From: Rickettsia typhi
GTDB lineage: Bacteria > Pseudomonadota > Alphaproteobacteria > Rickettsiales > UBA1997
NCBI GenBank assembly: GCA_945875925.1
Contig: CAMCME010000002.1
Span: 1,119 to 65,118 of the forward strand
Length of the DNA stretch: 64,000 bases
Reading direction: 5' to 3'
This document shows, one piece after another, positions 45,014 to 55,015 of this stretch. Below the pieces are notes generated by a model, which was given only the letters and a program-made list of their open reading frames with translations, made no database searches and was not told the DNA's origin. Every line of letters starts with the position of its first letter. The first letter of the stretch is position 1. The position numbers and the translations under genes are program-made.

Positions 45014-46678
45014 TTATTGATGTAGATTTAGATAGTGCTTTGTTGCTTCAGTATCCAAAAATTTAGGATAAGTTTTTACTAGCCTCTTTCCATTCTCATC
45101 GAAGCTCATTGCTTCCATTAAACCGCTTTCAGCAACATCAATATTTTTTTCTCTTATTCTTAAATAGTTCTTTTGAGTCCATCCTAAAATACATTTATGA
45201 AGAGCTTTAACTGCTCTATAATCAGGCATAATTGTTTTACTTTCCATTTGAAGACCCATGACATTTAGACATAGCCCTAAAATTTTTATAGATAGGTAAT
45301 TAGGGAATTCTTCCATCCTTTTTATTTCTGAATAAATACGGCGACATAGTCGGGAATGAATTATTTTTTGGGCATGATTTCTTTGATCAACAAAGCTAAA
45401 ATAATTATTCCATACTGTATTATGCTGCACTTGCCAGCTAGTATCAAAAGGAGCTTTAACGGAAGCAACATTGGACAAGACATCAAACATCGATTCGACT
45501 AGAACATCATAGTAGTCATTAAAGTGACCACTAGATTTTAATTTTCTCCTAATTGCTGATCCGTCTTTTTCTTTTAACAGCTTTACTAGATCTTTAATAA
45601 AATCTGAAACTACCTCAAGTCTTCGATAAGCATCAGTATTATAAAAATCGGAAACATTATTGATTTTATAAATATCAGTACATCTTCCAGTAATGAATCC
45701 TAGCGTTCTGTTAAAAGTGGTTTGATGAGTATCGATAGTGCTATTCTCTAAGCAGTCTTTTACAAAAATCAGAAAAGATTTTGTGTAAACTTTTAACTGC
45801 GATGCGTCTAAGCTCGACAGTGTTTTGTAGTCTATGTCAAAGGGAGTTTGATGAGATAAAGAGCTGACTAATTTACAGTTTCCAAAAACTGCTTTACTGA
45901 ATGGTTTTATATAGCCAATTAGACCTGAATTATATCCCTCATCTTCATGATACAAAATTGAGTCTTTATCAAGCAATGCTTCAGCAGCAATGTTGGTTGC
46001 AAAAGTACCAATCGGCAGTTGATATTTTCTATTTCGAGTCATTTCCTCAAAGAATGCTATGGCTGTAATCGGAGTGTTAGATACAATGTATTTGCAGAGC
46101 TTTCTATTTCCGATTAACAGAAGTATTTCGTATGCACATTGACCAATATCAAATTTATTTTTTGTGTTACGATTTTTTTCATCCTTCTTTTGCCAGCTTG
46201 GAATAACAATATTTGAATATTTAACAATATTTGGGGCTGATCGATTTAACTCGTTGGCGATAATGGGTAAATCTACTGCTGATCCTTTTACAATCTCCCG
46301 ATAAAGCTCTTGAATAAATCTGGTATAATTTTTCTTAGAAAAAACCGGAGGTATTATGAATGCATACCGAATCCAGCTAGATAATAAGATAACAAAAAAA
46401 GTAGCGAAGCTTGATTGCCAATAAGCCTGAACACTTAAAAAGCTTGGCATCATCCATCCTTTTTCAAACCAAACGTCACTTAATAAAGTTCCAACCGCAA
46501 TTAACAGGGTCAGTAAAAAGGTTTCCGTTAGCAAAGATATCTTTTCGAACGATGTTGGAGCTATAGAGATACGAAATTTGTAGCGCGTATCAGTGATTGT
46601 ATATAGCACCATTAAAAGCGAAAATGCTGCGATAAATTCAGCAAAACCAAAAATCGGATTTTTTATTGGGATTGGCAT
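45014..46678 (-). CDS. Orphan membrane-anchored protein (about 4 N-terminal TM helices plus ~420-aa soluble helical region), no recognisable family
   Basis: Long uninterrupted ORF (554-569 aa depending on the start; ATG at 46678 preferred). It has hydrophobic N-terminal segments and I recognise no catalytic motif. Confidence 0.55.
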   Translation of the reverse strand: MPIPIKNPIFGFAEFIAAFSLLMVLYTITDTRYKFRISIAPTSFEKISLLTETFLLTLLIAVGTLLSDVWFEKGWMMPSFLSVQAYWQSSFATFFVILLSSWIRYAFIIPPVFSKKNYTRFIQELYREIVKGSAVDLPIIANELNRSAPNIVKYSNIVIPSWQKKDEKNRNTKNKFDIGQCAYEILLLIGNRKLCKYIVSNTPITAIAFFEEMTRNRKYQLPIGTFATNIAAEALLDKDSILYHEDEGYNSGLIGYIKPFSKAVFGNCKLVSSLSHQTPFDIDYKTLSSLDASQLKVYTKSFLIFVKDCLENSTIDTHQTTFNRTLGFITGRCTDIYKINNVSDFYNTDAYRRLEVVSDFIKDLVKLLKEKDGSAIRRKLKSSGHFNDYYDVLVESMFDVLSNVASVKAPFDTSWQVQHNTVWNNYFSFVDQRNHAQKIIHSRLCRRIYSEIKRMEEFPNYLSIKILGLCLNVMGLQMESKTIMPDYRAVKALHKCILGWTQKNYLRIREKNIDVAESGLMEAMSFDENGKRLVKTYPKFLDTEATKHYLNLHQ

Positions 46679-46701
46679 AACATGGCATATGCTCAAAACT
46701 A

Positions 46702-47155
46702 TTAATTTACATGCTGGTTCCATACTAGATACTTGTTTAGTCCCCTTGAATAATGGACAGGGTTTTGGTGAAAAACTTTCGAGTTTTTCTTAAACTCTTG
46801 GATAAGAAATTCAAAAGGTGTTTTAAAGGCAAGTGATTTTAGTTTTTTCGCAAAATTATAGGCAAGCATGAATTGATTCAGATGCTTTTCCAAATGCTCT
46901 AAACTGTCATAGTGATAGGTTTTTGTAGTGGCGTCTTTAATCGTTCGATTGGTTCGCTCTACTTGTCCATCTACTTGTCCATTGGTCCAAGGGTGTCTGA
47001 ACTTTGTGAGCTTATGTTTAATCGCATGTTTTTTGCAGAGTAAATCAAATGGGTGAAACGATTTGGGGCGCAAGTGTTTGACTAGCAAAGCGTAAGTGAA
47101 CTGAGCTCCGTTTTCCGTTAAAATTCTGTGAATCTTGTAAGGACAAAGCTCAATT
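46702..47155 (-). mobile_element. Remnant of an IS481/IS3-type transposase (DDE 'rve' integrase core, C-terminal part only)
   Basis: PYKIHRILTENGAQFT...HPWTNGQV(DGQV)ERTNRTIK...YNFAKKLKSLAFKTP. There is no N-terminal HTH part and no terminal inverted repeats were seen. The 5' junction position is approximate. Confidence 0.7.
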
Positions 47156-47304
47156 ACTTCCTGCAAAAACTCAATCACCTTTTCATCTTGATTAATCAAA
47201 GCAAAAACTTCCGCATCATCTTCGCGCCATTGTCGCAGAATTAATCTTTTAGTTTCGATGTTTTTTTGATTATTTGCATGAAACTCCAACTGCCTGCGAA
47301 ACAT
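47156..47304 (-). pseudogene. N-terminal fragment of a GNAT (RimJ/RimL-like) acetyltransferase fused in frame to the IS remnant
   Basis: TKRLILRQWREDDAEVFALINQDEKVIEFL resembles GNAT N-termini. The rest of the acetyltransferase is absent. It overlaps the pyrD 3' end. Confidence 0.45.
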
Positions 47305-48340
47305 TCTTAAACCCATCTTTTTTCACCAGCTCATTCAAGTCTTTTTTAATTCTTTCAACCAGTCCAAATCCTTCATAAATAAAGGCAGAATAAATTTGCA
47401 CCAAAGATGCGCCACTTTTAATTTTTTCGTAAGCATCCGCAGCGCTCGCAATTCCACCCACACCAATCAAAGGAATTTTGCCGCCAGTTAATTTGTAAAA
47501 ATTCTGCAACACTTCATTAGATTTTTTAAGTAAAGGCGCGCCACTTAATCCGCCAGTTTCAGACGCATATTTACTTTTCAAATTCAGGTCGCGCGAAATT
47601 GTAGTATTGCTGATAATCACGCCATCAATTTGGTTTTTTAAAACAGTTGCAGCAATTTGCTCTTGCTCGGCTGTTGTCAAATCTGGCGCTATTTTAAGTA
47701 ATATCGGAACTTCACGATTATATAATTTTTTAAGCTGAGATTTTTTCTTAATAATCTCGCCCAAAAATAAATCCAATTGATCTTCTTTTTGTAAATCACG
47801 CAGATTCTTGGTATTTGGCGAAGAGATATTAATGGTGATGTAAGATGCTGGAGAATAAAACCTGTCCATCAGCTTCAAATAGTCGCTCACAGCATCTTCT
47901 GTATCTTTATTTTTGCCGATATTGGCGCCTAAAATTAGATTATCATTTTTTTCAGAAGCAGTTTTAAAAAGATTTTCAGCAAAATTTATTTCGCCTAAAT
48001 TGTTAAAACCCAAACGATTAATAATCGCTTTATCTTCTTCAAGGCGAAAGATTCTGGGTTTGTTATTTCCGCTCTGCGCTAAAGGCGTCACAGTTCCACA
48101 TTCCACAAATCCAAAACCAAATTTAGACAATTTTCTGACAACTTGGGCATTCTTATCAAAACCAGCGGCCATGCCAATAGGGTTTTTAAAATCAAGGTTC
48201 AGCAACTTCTGATTGAGATTTTCATATTCCTTAACTTGTGGAAAACATGGATTAAATTTTAGAAATTTAATGGCTAAATTATGAGCAGTTTCTGGTTCAA
48301 TTTTGAAAATCAGTGGACGAATAATTTGATAAAAATTCAT
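47270..48340 (-). CDS. pyrD: Dihydroorotate dehydrogenase (quinone), class 2
   Basis: 356 aa with N-terminal MNFYQIIRPLIFK..PE.AH, the GFNN.G pattern, NISSPNT and a C-terminal GAS.VQ.YSA..Y.G. Confidence 0.92.
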   Translation of the reverse strand: MNFYQIIRPLIFKIEPETAHNLAIKFLKFNPCFPQVKEYENLNQKLLNLDFKNPIGMAAGFDKNAQVVRKLSKFGFGFVECGTVTPLAQSGNNKPRIFRLEEDKAIINRLGFNNLGEINFAENLFKTASEKNDNLILGANIGKNKDTEDAVSDYLKLMDRFYSPASYITINISSPNTKNLRDLQKEDQLDLFLGEIIKKKSQLKKLYNREVPILLKIAPDLTTAEQEQIAATVLKNQIDGVIISNTTISRDLNLKSKYASETGGLSGAPLLKKSNEVLQNFYKLTGGKIPLIGVGGIASAADAYEKIKSGASLVQIYSAFIYEGFGLVERIKKDLNELVKKDGFKNVSQAVGVSCK

Positions 48341-49053
48341 TAATTGGTTTCCGGTTTTTTTCTTGATAAAAGCAGTAAAGTTGTGGACACAGCCACTATA
48401 ATTAAAATCACATCTGAAGAGCGTTTAAGCAAAAAATTATCAGATAATTTATCTTTCAAGCGCGTCCATTTTTTTTCATCAACTTCAAAAGTTTGAGATT
48501 TATTTAGCCACACATCTTGGTCTTCTAGTTTTTTGCCTAAATAATATTTTTCAATTTCGCGATGCACAGGATGATTGGTTGAAGTCATAGGATTTTCTGA
48601 CAAAATGTCCTGAGTTTCAACTTTTTGATCATCAACCAAATTAGCAATTTCCGCGACATTTCTGGCCACTAAAAATAAGGCCACAAAAACTATTAAAACA
48701 ATTGCTGCGATGGAAATTGTGCCGAAAAAGATCTCTATCAAAGACTGATTTTCTGTTCTTTTAGGAGATTTTACAAAAATTGTGCTGTGAGTTGAAATCA
48801 AAAATAAAACCACCATCGAATAAGCCACCAAACCCAAAACAATTTCTTTAAAACTATTATAGCTGGAAATAGAAATGCTTAAAAAAAGCACTAAAATTAA
48901 ATGAGAAATTATCAGGCTGATGATAGTGGAAGTGCGAGTTTTGACTTTGGTGATGATCAAAAAATTGATTACCACAAAAACCAATATCACTAATAATTTG
49001 GGGTCAAAAAGCATTGATATATTAGGTTGGTTTTGGATCACAACTGCTGTCAT
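48340..49053 (-). CDS. Polytopic membrane protein of unknown function
   Basis: 237 aa with about five hydrophobic helices. Its TAA overlaps the pyrD ATG by 1 nt (TAATG). The annotated ATG lies inside repeat 49047-49132, and an alternative start MLFDPK lies 13 codons in. Confidence 0.5.
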   Translation of the reverse strand: MTAVVIQNQPNISMLFDPKLLVILVFVVINFLIITKVKTRTSTIISLIISHLILVLFLSISISSYNSFKEIVLGLVAYSMVVLFLISTHSTIFVKSPKRTENQSLIEIFFGTISIAAIVLIVFVALFLVARNVAEIANLVDDQKVETQDILSENPMTSTNHPVHREIEKYYLGKKLEDQDVWLNKSQTFEVDEKKWTRLKDKLSDNFLLKRSSDVILIIVAVSTTLLLLSRKKPETN

Positions 49054-49132
49054 CTCGAACGCTAGTGAGAGATCTCATGAGGCTTTAACTCGATAAACTC
49101 ATGAGATCTCTCACTAGAGTTCGAGATGACAA
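49047..49132. repeat. Palindromic element, family A (GTCATCTCGAAC variant)
   Basis: CTGTCATCTCGAACGCTAGTGAGAGATCTCATGAG arms with an inverted partner, between the dapD stop and the membrane-protein start. Confidence 0.9.
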
Positions 49133-49152
49133 GTGCCTGAAAGGAAAAAAAT

Positions 49153-49992
49153 TTAATCCCTCAACAATTCATTAATCGAAGTTTTAGAACGAGTTTTTTC
49201 ATCAACTCTTTTCACAATAATTGCTGCATAAAGTGACAAATTTTTTGCACCTTTTTCTGAACTCACATTGCCAGGAACCACAACTGAGTAGGCTGGAACG
49301 CGGCCATAGAAAACTTCACCAGTTTCGCGATCAATAATTTTTGTTGAAGCGCCAATATAAACGCCCATCGAAATTACCGAACCTTCTTCCACAATCACGC
49401 CTTCAGCAATTTCACTGCGCGCGCCAATAAAGCAATTATCTTCAATGATCACAGGGTTTGCTTGCAAAGGTTCTAGAACCCCGCCAATTCCAGCGCCACC
49501 AGAAATGTGACAATTTTTTCCAATTTGTGCGCAAGAACCAACTGTCGCCCAAGTATCAATCATCGAACCTTCATCAACATATGCGCCAAGATTTACGAAT
49601 GATGGCAGCAAAACTACATTTTTAGCAATGAATGCTGAATGACGCACAACCGCGCCAGCAACTGCTCTGAATCCTGCTTTTTTGAAATCTTCATCGGTCC
49701 AATTAGCAAATTTCAAAGGCACTTTATCATAATTCACTAGTGAATTTCCATGAGCTGCTTGTTGTTTGCTTAAGAAATTATCATTCAATCTGAAAGACAA
49801 TAAAATCGCTTTTTTGATCCATTGATTTACTTGCCAAACGCCATTTATTTTTTCACAAATTCTAATTTTGCCGGCATCAAGCAAGTTTAGAGTTTCAACA
49901 ACTGCATCACGAATTTCGCCGCCAGTGTTAAGGTTGATTTCGGCTCTATTTTCAAAAGCTTTTTCGATGATTTGTGAAAGATTATTTGTCAT
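49153..49992 (-). CDS. dapD: 2,3,4,5-tetrahydropyridine-2,6-dicarboxylate N-succinyltransferase
   Basis: 279 aa with left-handed beta-helix hexapeptide repeats ([40 protein letters not shown]) and a typical N-terminal helical domain. Confidence 0.92.
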   Translation of the reverse strand: MTNNLSQIIEKAFENRAEINLNTGGEIRDAVVETLNLLDAGKIRICEKINGVWQVNQWIKKAILLSFRLNDNFLSKQQAAHGNSLVNYDKVPLKFANWTDEDFKKAGFRAVAGAVVRHSAFIAKNVVLLPSFVNLGAYVDEGSMIDTWATVGSCAQIGKNCHISGGAGIGGVLEPLQANPVIIEDNCFIGARSEIAEGVIVEEGSVISMGVYIGASTKIIDRETGEVFYGRVPAYSVVVPGNVSSEKGAKNLSLYAAIIVKRVDEKTRSKTSINELLRD

Positions 49993-50030
49993 AAATTTTG
50001 ATTATTTTTTATTTTCTGTTTTGTAATTTT

Positions 50031-50128
50031 CGTCATCCTTGAGCCTGAAAGGCTCGAGGATCTCATGACTCTTAGTCTCTGAAGCTAAAACTCATGAGAT
50101 CCTCGGCCGCGTGCGGCCAAGGATGACG
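50031..50128. repeat. Palindromic element, family C (intergenic)
   Basis: CGTCATCCTTG..CCAAGGATGACG termini with side hairpins GAGCC-TGAAA-GGCTC and GGCCGC-GT-GCGGCC. Confidence 0.9.
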
Positions 50129-50153
50129 AATCTTTCTTTTGAATTAATTTCTC

Positions 50154-50963
50154 TTAAAACCCAACCGTTAAATCGCCATTTTCAATTTTACTTTCAAAGA
50201 AAAATTTAGTTGTCGATTTTACTGTTTCTTGATTCAAAACCACTTCCAAACTTTCTCCTAAGGTTTGTTCTTGAATGTAAGTTGCAAACTTTTTTGCCAC
50301 TTCCAAAGTTTGGCTATTGGTCGAAAAAATCTTCAAATTAATTCGATCAGAAACATTTAAATCTGCCTCTTTACGATTTTGTTGAATTGCGCGCACGATG
50401 TCTCGCGCCACACCTTCTTCTTCTAATTCTTTAGTCACTTCAATATCAAGTTGAATCAAGCAATCATTGCTTGGAAGTGCCATGATAATATATTTTTTAT
50501 CATCAGTATTTTTGGTGGTAAGTTTAATTTCAAACTCATCATCCACCAAATTAACGCCAGCAATGGCAATTTCTTTATCAGAAATTTTCACCCATTCACC
50601 TTTCTTAATCGCTTCCATAATTTCTTTAACTTTCGAGCTATATTTAGCGCCAATTTTTTTGAAATTTATCTGCAATTTTAATTCAGCCAAATCGCTAATT
50701 TCTTCTTTAATTTCAACGCTTTTTACATTCACTTCTTCAGCGATAATGTCTTTGAAATTAAGGATGCGCGAAGCATTTTTGCCAATCACAATCAATTGGT
50801 TTAAAGGCAATCTCACGCGAAGATTTTTATTATCGCGAATACTCAAAGTTGTGCTGCAAATGCTGCGCACCAAATCCATTTGCATGACCAAATCTTTTTC
50901 ATCATTCAAAAAAGAAACATCAGGAAAATCTTGTAAATGGACGGAAATTTTACGGTCTATCAT
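50154..50963 (-). pseudogene. ileS: 5'-truncated isoleucyl-tRNA synthetase (type 2) - C-terminal ~270 aa only
   Basis: SVHLQDFPD, NLRVRLPLNQL, EEVNVKSVEI......L.INFKKIGAKY and EGVARDIVRAIQQNRKEADLNVSDRI match the C-terminal region of ~1050-1100-aa type-2 IleRS. The purM stop lies 9 nt upstream, so the catalytic body is missing. Confidence 0.7.
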
Positions 50964-50972
50964 GTCTGTAAA

Positions 50973-51971
50973 TTATATTAGTGAACCAATGACAAAAACT
51001 TCTTCACCAGCTTGTCTCAAGATTTCTTGCACTTCTTCAACATCATTTTTATCAACCACTAAAACCATGCCAATTCCGCAATTGAAGGTGCGATGCATTT
51101 CTTCATCAGCCACATTTCCAGTTTTTTGTAACCAAGCAAAAATTTCTGGGGCTTTCCAAGATTTATAATCAATTTTTACCTCAACACCTTCACTCAAAAC
51201 TCTTGGTAAATTTTCTACCAAACCGCCACCAGTAATGTGCGCTAAAGCTTTTACTTTTCCAGTTTTAAGCGCAGCAAGACAAGATTTAACATAAATTTTT
51301 GTTGGAGTTAACAAAACTTCGCCAATCGATTTTCCACCAAGTTCAGCAATTTTATCTTCGAAATTAATGTTATTTTTTTGCAAAATAAATCTGGCTAAAG
51401 AATAGCCATTTGAATGTACACCGCTTGAAGTTAAGCCGATTAGAACATCGCCAGCTTTGGTTTGTGTTGGTAAAATTAAATCGCGCTCAACCGCGCCAAC
51501 TGCGAATCCAGCTAAATCATAATCTCCTTCTTTATACATGCCGGGCATTTCTGCAGTTTCGCCGCCAATTAAAGCGCAACCTGCCAATTTACAACCATCT
51601 GCAATTCCTTTGATTACATCGCTTGCAACTTCTAAAGAAAGTTTTGAACAAGCAAAATAATCTAAAAAGAATAATGGTTCAGCGCCTTGTGCAAGTAGGT
51701 CATTCACTGACATTGCAACTAAGTCAATTCCGATTGTGTCATGCTTATTTAAGTCGATTGCAACTTTTAATTTTGTGCCAACGCCATCAGTTGAAGAAAC
51801 TAAAATTGGATCTTTATAGCCACATTTTTTCAAATCGAAAAGCGCACCAAAGCCACCTAATTCTGAATCGGCACCAATTCTTCTAGTAGATTTTGCAAAA
51901 GGTTTAATGCGATTAATCAGTTCATTGCCTGCATCAATATCAACGCCCGCTTGTTTATAATTTAAAGACAT
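50973..51971 (-). CDS. purM: Phosphoribosylformylglycinamidine cyclo-ligase (AIR synthetase)
   Basis: 332 aa with [26 protein letters not shown] and the TGGG motif. Confidence 0.93.
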   Translation of the reverse strand: MSLNYKQAGVDIDAGNELINRIKPFAKSTRRIGADSELGGFGALFDLKKCGYKDPILVSSTDGVGTKLKVAIDLNKHDTIGIDLVAMSVNDLLAQGAEPLFFLDYFACSKLSLEVASDVIKGIADGCKLAGCALIGGETAEMPGMYKEGDYDLAGFAVGAVERDLILPTQTKAGDVLIGLTSSGVHSNGYSLARFILQKNNINFEDKIAELGGKSIGEVLLTPTKIYVKSCLAALKTGKVKALAHITGGGLVENLPRVLSEGVEVKIDYKSWKAPEIFAWLQKTGNVADEEMHRTFNCGIGMVLVVDKNDVEEVQEILRQAGEEVFVIGSLI

Positions 51972-52106
51972 AATTTTAGATAAATTGAATGGATTTTTTT
52001 TTGCACTAGTTCTAAGTTGCGGGGATCTTTACAGAGCTTGGCTGCAGTAAGACGCAAAGCGCTCGCGCATGTTATGCAGCCGCAAATCCAATGTCAATTT
52101 AAGATT

Positions 52107-53258
52107 ATGTTTCAGCAGCAATTCAGAGTTTTTTTTAGAAACTTTCTAATATTCTTCATTTTTCTCGCAACAAGCTTAGTTAGCGCAAATGCTCAGCAAT
52201 CAAATATTTACATGATTGAAGGCACTGCAATTAGCGCTTCGGCAAAATCATCTGGCGAAGCAAAAGTTGTGGCCACAAATAACGCCAGAAGAAATGCTTT
52301 TATCACTTTACTTTCTAGTCTTTCAATCAATCCAAGCGCCGCAGATACAATCTCTAATGACCGTATTTTTGATATGGTGAGATCAGAACAAATCACTGAA
52401 GAGAAAATTTCAGGTAGCACTTATTCGGCCACTTTTAATATTTTATTTTCTAAAAGTGCGGTTGAGAAAGTTATTAATGTGCAAAAAAATATCGCTAATG
52501 AAGAAAATTATTTATTAATTCCAGTGAAAATTTTGCAGAAGAAAGAAATCAAAGCAGATGCTTATCCAAGCAAATATGCCATATGGGAAGAACATAACGA
52601 TTGGAAAATTGCGATTGCGGAAAAGTTAAAAGAGAAAGCTTTAACAAAATTCATCATTCCTGAAAATGACATCAATAATATCGCCATCATCAATCAAGAT
52701 AATATTGATCATATTGAATATAGCGATCTTGAGCCGATCTTAAATAAATATAAAGTTACAGAAGCTTTCGTGGTGTTTTTTGCTTTTGATGACATTGAAA
52801 ATAAAGTCAGCATTTCAGTACAAAATATTAAAAAATTACAAAAGAAAAAAGTTAAGCTTAGCTTCGTGAATGTCGATTTATTGAATTATAAAGCCTTGCT
52901 GAAAAAGGTTTCAGAAAAAACAATCGATTATCTAATTAGCTCAAAAAGCACTGAAGCTGTGAAGATGGAAACTAGTTTGGTGAAGATTGAAATTCCAATT
53001 TCTAACTTGGTGCAATGGATGGGAATTAAGAATAAAATCGAAACTAGCAATCTAGTAAGTCAGATGAATATCGATTCTATTTCTAAAGATTTTGCGATGA
53101 TCTCGGTAGGCTATGTTGAAGGTCAGGTGGATATTGTGGATGCTTTTGCAAAAGTGGATTTTACTTTAGAAAGAAAGTCAGAAAATTCTTATAAACTTTA
53201 TACATCATCTCCAAAAAAATTAGCGACCATGCCCGCAACTATAACAGAGCAGCAATAA
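52107..53258 (+). CDS. Secreted protein of unknown function (possibly DUF2066-like)
   Basis: Signal-peptide-like start MFQQQFRVFFRNFLIFFIFLATSLVSANA. Divergent from purM and followed by an AI-2E transporter, a context I recall for DUF2066 proteins. The family call is weak. Confidence 0.45.
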   Translation: MFQQQFRVFFRNFLIFFIFLATSLVSANAQQSNIYMIEGTAISASAKSSGEAKVVATNNARRNAFITLLSSLSINPSAADTISNDRIFDMVRSEQITEEKISGSTYSATFNILFSKSAVEKVINVQKNIANEENYLLIPVKILQKKEIKADAYPSKYAIWEEHNDWKIAIAEKLKEKALTKFIIPENDINNIAIINQDNIDHIEYSDLEPILNKYKVTEAFVVFFAFDDIENKVSISVQNIKKLQKKKVKLSFVNVDLLNYKALLKKVSEKTIDYLISSKSTEAVKMETSLVKIEIPISNLVQWMGIKNKIETSNLVSQMNIDSISKDFAMISVGYVEGQVDIVDAFAKVDFTLERKSENSYKLYTSSPKKLATMPATITEQQ

Positions 53259-54313
53259 TGAAATCAAAAGAGAAATTAGTTTATGCAGCCATAATTTTGG
53301 CGGTAATTTTCTGGCTGCTTTATTCGGTTAAATCAATTTTGGCGCCATTCATTTGTTCTTTAATTATCTCTTATTTCCTCGATCCATTGGTGGATCGTCT
53401 TGTTGTAAAACATAAGATGAAACGCCTTAAAGCAACCAGTTTAATTCTTGGTTTGTTTTTTGCTTTATTCATCAGTTTTTGTTTAATATTGCTGCCAATA
53501 ATTTACTCGCAATCGGTTGCTTTATTTGAGGCCATACCAGAATATTTAGAAATTATTACAGTAGATTCTTATCCAAAAATCGCCACTTTTCTCAATAAAT
53601 TTGGATTCAAATTAGATACAGACTTTTCTCATGTGATGCAAAAAGAGCAAGTGAATGAAAGCCTTATCGATTTTTTCCGAAACATTTTAGACAATGCTAT
53701 CAGCTCTTCAGTGTTTTTAATCAACATTCTGTCACTAATTTTTGTCACCCCAATTTTGATTTTTTATCTACTTAATGATTGGGATGTGATGGTAGAAAAA
53801 ATTTCTAATTATTTACCTCGCAATCTTTCTGCACAAATTAAATCAATCTCTAAAGAAATAGATAAAACCCTGTCTGGTTATATTCGCGGCCAGTTTAATG
53901 TTTGTTTAATTTTGGGCATTACTTACGCCACTTTGCTAAGTTTTACAGGCCTTAATTTTGGATTTTTAATTGGCTTATTAACTGGTTTGCTTTCTTTCAT
54001 TCCTTATTTGGGAATGTTTACGGGAGTTACAATCGGAATTGTGGTGGCGCTATTTCAATGGGGTTTTGACGCGACTAATATTTCGACCGTGGGCATTGTG
54101 TTTTTATTCGGACAAATTCTTGAATCGAATTTCTTAACTCCAAAATTAATCGGCTCAAAAATTGGCCTACATCCAGTGTGGATGATTTTTGGCTTATTCT
54201 TTTTTGGAACTTTATTTGGATTTATTGGAGTGTTAGTTGCAGTGCCTTTGACGGCTGTGTGCGGTGTGATAATTAAATATTTCGCTTTGGAATATAAGAA
54301 GAAATATGTGTAG
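53258..54313 (+). CDS. AI-2E (PerM/YdiK) family transporter
   Basis: 351 aa with about eight TM helices and a typical LAPF....II.Y.L.P.V..L N-terminus. Its start overlaps the upstream stop (ATGA-type coupling). Confidence 0.8.
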   Translation: MKSKEKLVYAAIILAVIFWLLYSVKSILAPFICSLIISYFLDPLVDRLVVKHKMKRLKATSLILGLFFALFISFCLILLPIIYSQSVALFEAIPEYLEIITVDSYPKIATFLNKFGFKLDTDFSHVMQKEQVNESLIDFFRNILDNAISSSVFLINILSLIFVTPILIFYLLNDWDVMVEKISNYLPRNLSAQIKSISKEIDKTLSGYIRGQFNVCLILGITYATLLSFTGLNFGFLIGLLTGLLSFIPYLGMFTGVTIGIVVALFQWGFDATNISTVGIVFLFGQILESNFLTPKLIGSKIGLHPVWMIFGLFFFGTLFGFIGVLVAVPLTAVCGVIIKYFALEYKKKYV

Positions 54314-54373
54314 GTAAGGAGGGAGTCTTTAATTGCTACCCTCCTTGAAAAGGAGGGGCTTTAGTTCGAAGAA

Positions 54374-54817
54374 CTAAATAAACCTCGCATCAAACCCATA
54401 AAAAACCAGTGCGTAATAGTAACAAACCTTCCCGATTACAACCAAAATCAAAAACTTCTTCAAATCGGTTTTAAGAAAGCCAGCCAGCACAGCAAAAGGA
54501 TTGCCAATCACGCTGACCCAAGAAAGAAGCAAAATATAAACTAAAAATTTATTCCATTTTCTCTCGGCTTCCAAAAGTTCTTTTTCTTTATTTTTCAGAA
54601 ATTCAGTTTTTTTCACAAATTGAAAATATTTGCCAATCCACCAATCTACACAAGATCCGAGACAGCTGCCAACGCAGGCTAAAATGAAGATTAGATGAAG
54701 ATTATATCCCGAAAAAATTGCCATTAAATGCACCACCATTTCACTTCTTGGGGGCAGAATTAATGCAGAGAAAAAGCTGTCAAAAAATAGGAAGGAGTAA
54801 GATTCGAAAATATCCAT
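54374..54817 (-). CDS. YqaA/DedA-like small membrane protein
   Basis: 147 aa with four hydrophobic helices and the pattern SALILPPRSEMVV...GSCLGS..DWWIGKY. Confidence 0.6.
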   Translation of the reverse strand: MDIFESYSFLFFDSFFSALILPPRSEMVVHLMAIFSGYNLHLIFILACVGSCLGSCVDWWIGKYFQFVKKTEFLKNKEKELLEAERKWNKFLVYILLLSWVSVIGNPFAVLAGFLKTDLKKFLILVVIGKVCYYYALVFYGFDARFI

Positions 54818-54848
54818 GAGTTTTTAAAATGGGTTTCTATTAGGCAAC

Positions 54849-54975
54849 CTGTCATTTCTCAATTTGTCATTTCGAGCGTAGCGAGAAATCTTATGAAATT
54901 GAAGCTCGGAATTTTAGCCTCATGAGATTTCTCGCTACGCTCGAAATGACAAAGTGGAGAAAGCAAATGACAAAG
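54849..54975. repeat. Palindromic element, family A, with duplicated outer ends
   Basis: Core TGTCATTTCGAGCGTAGCGAGAAATC..GATTTCTCGCTACGCTCGAAATGACA (54865-54951) is flanked by extra TGTCATTTCTC / AAATGACAAAG half-sites. Confidence 0.85.
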
Positions 54976-55015
54976 CGGAGAAACGAAATAATAGTTGGTG
55001 AAATAGATTCTTAAA

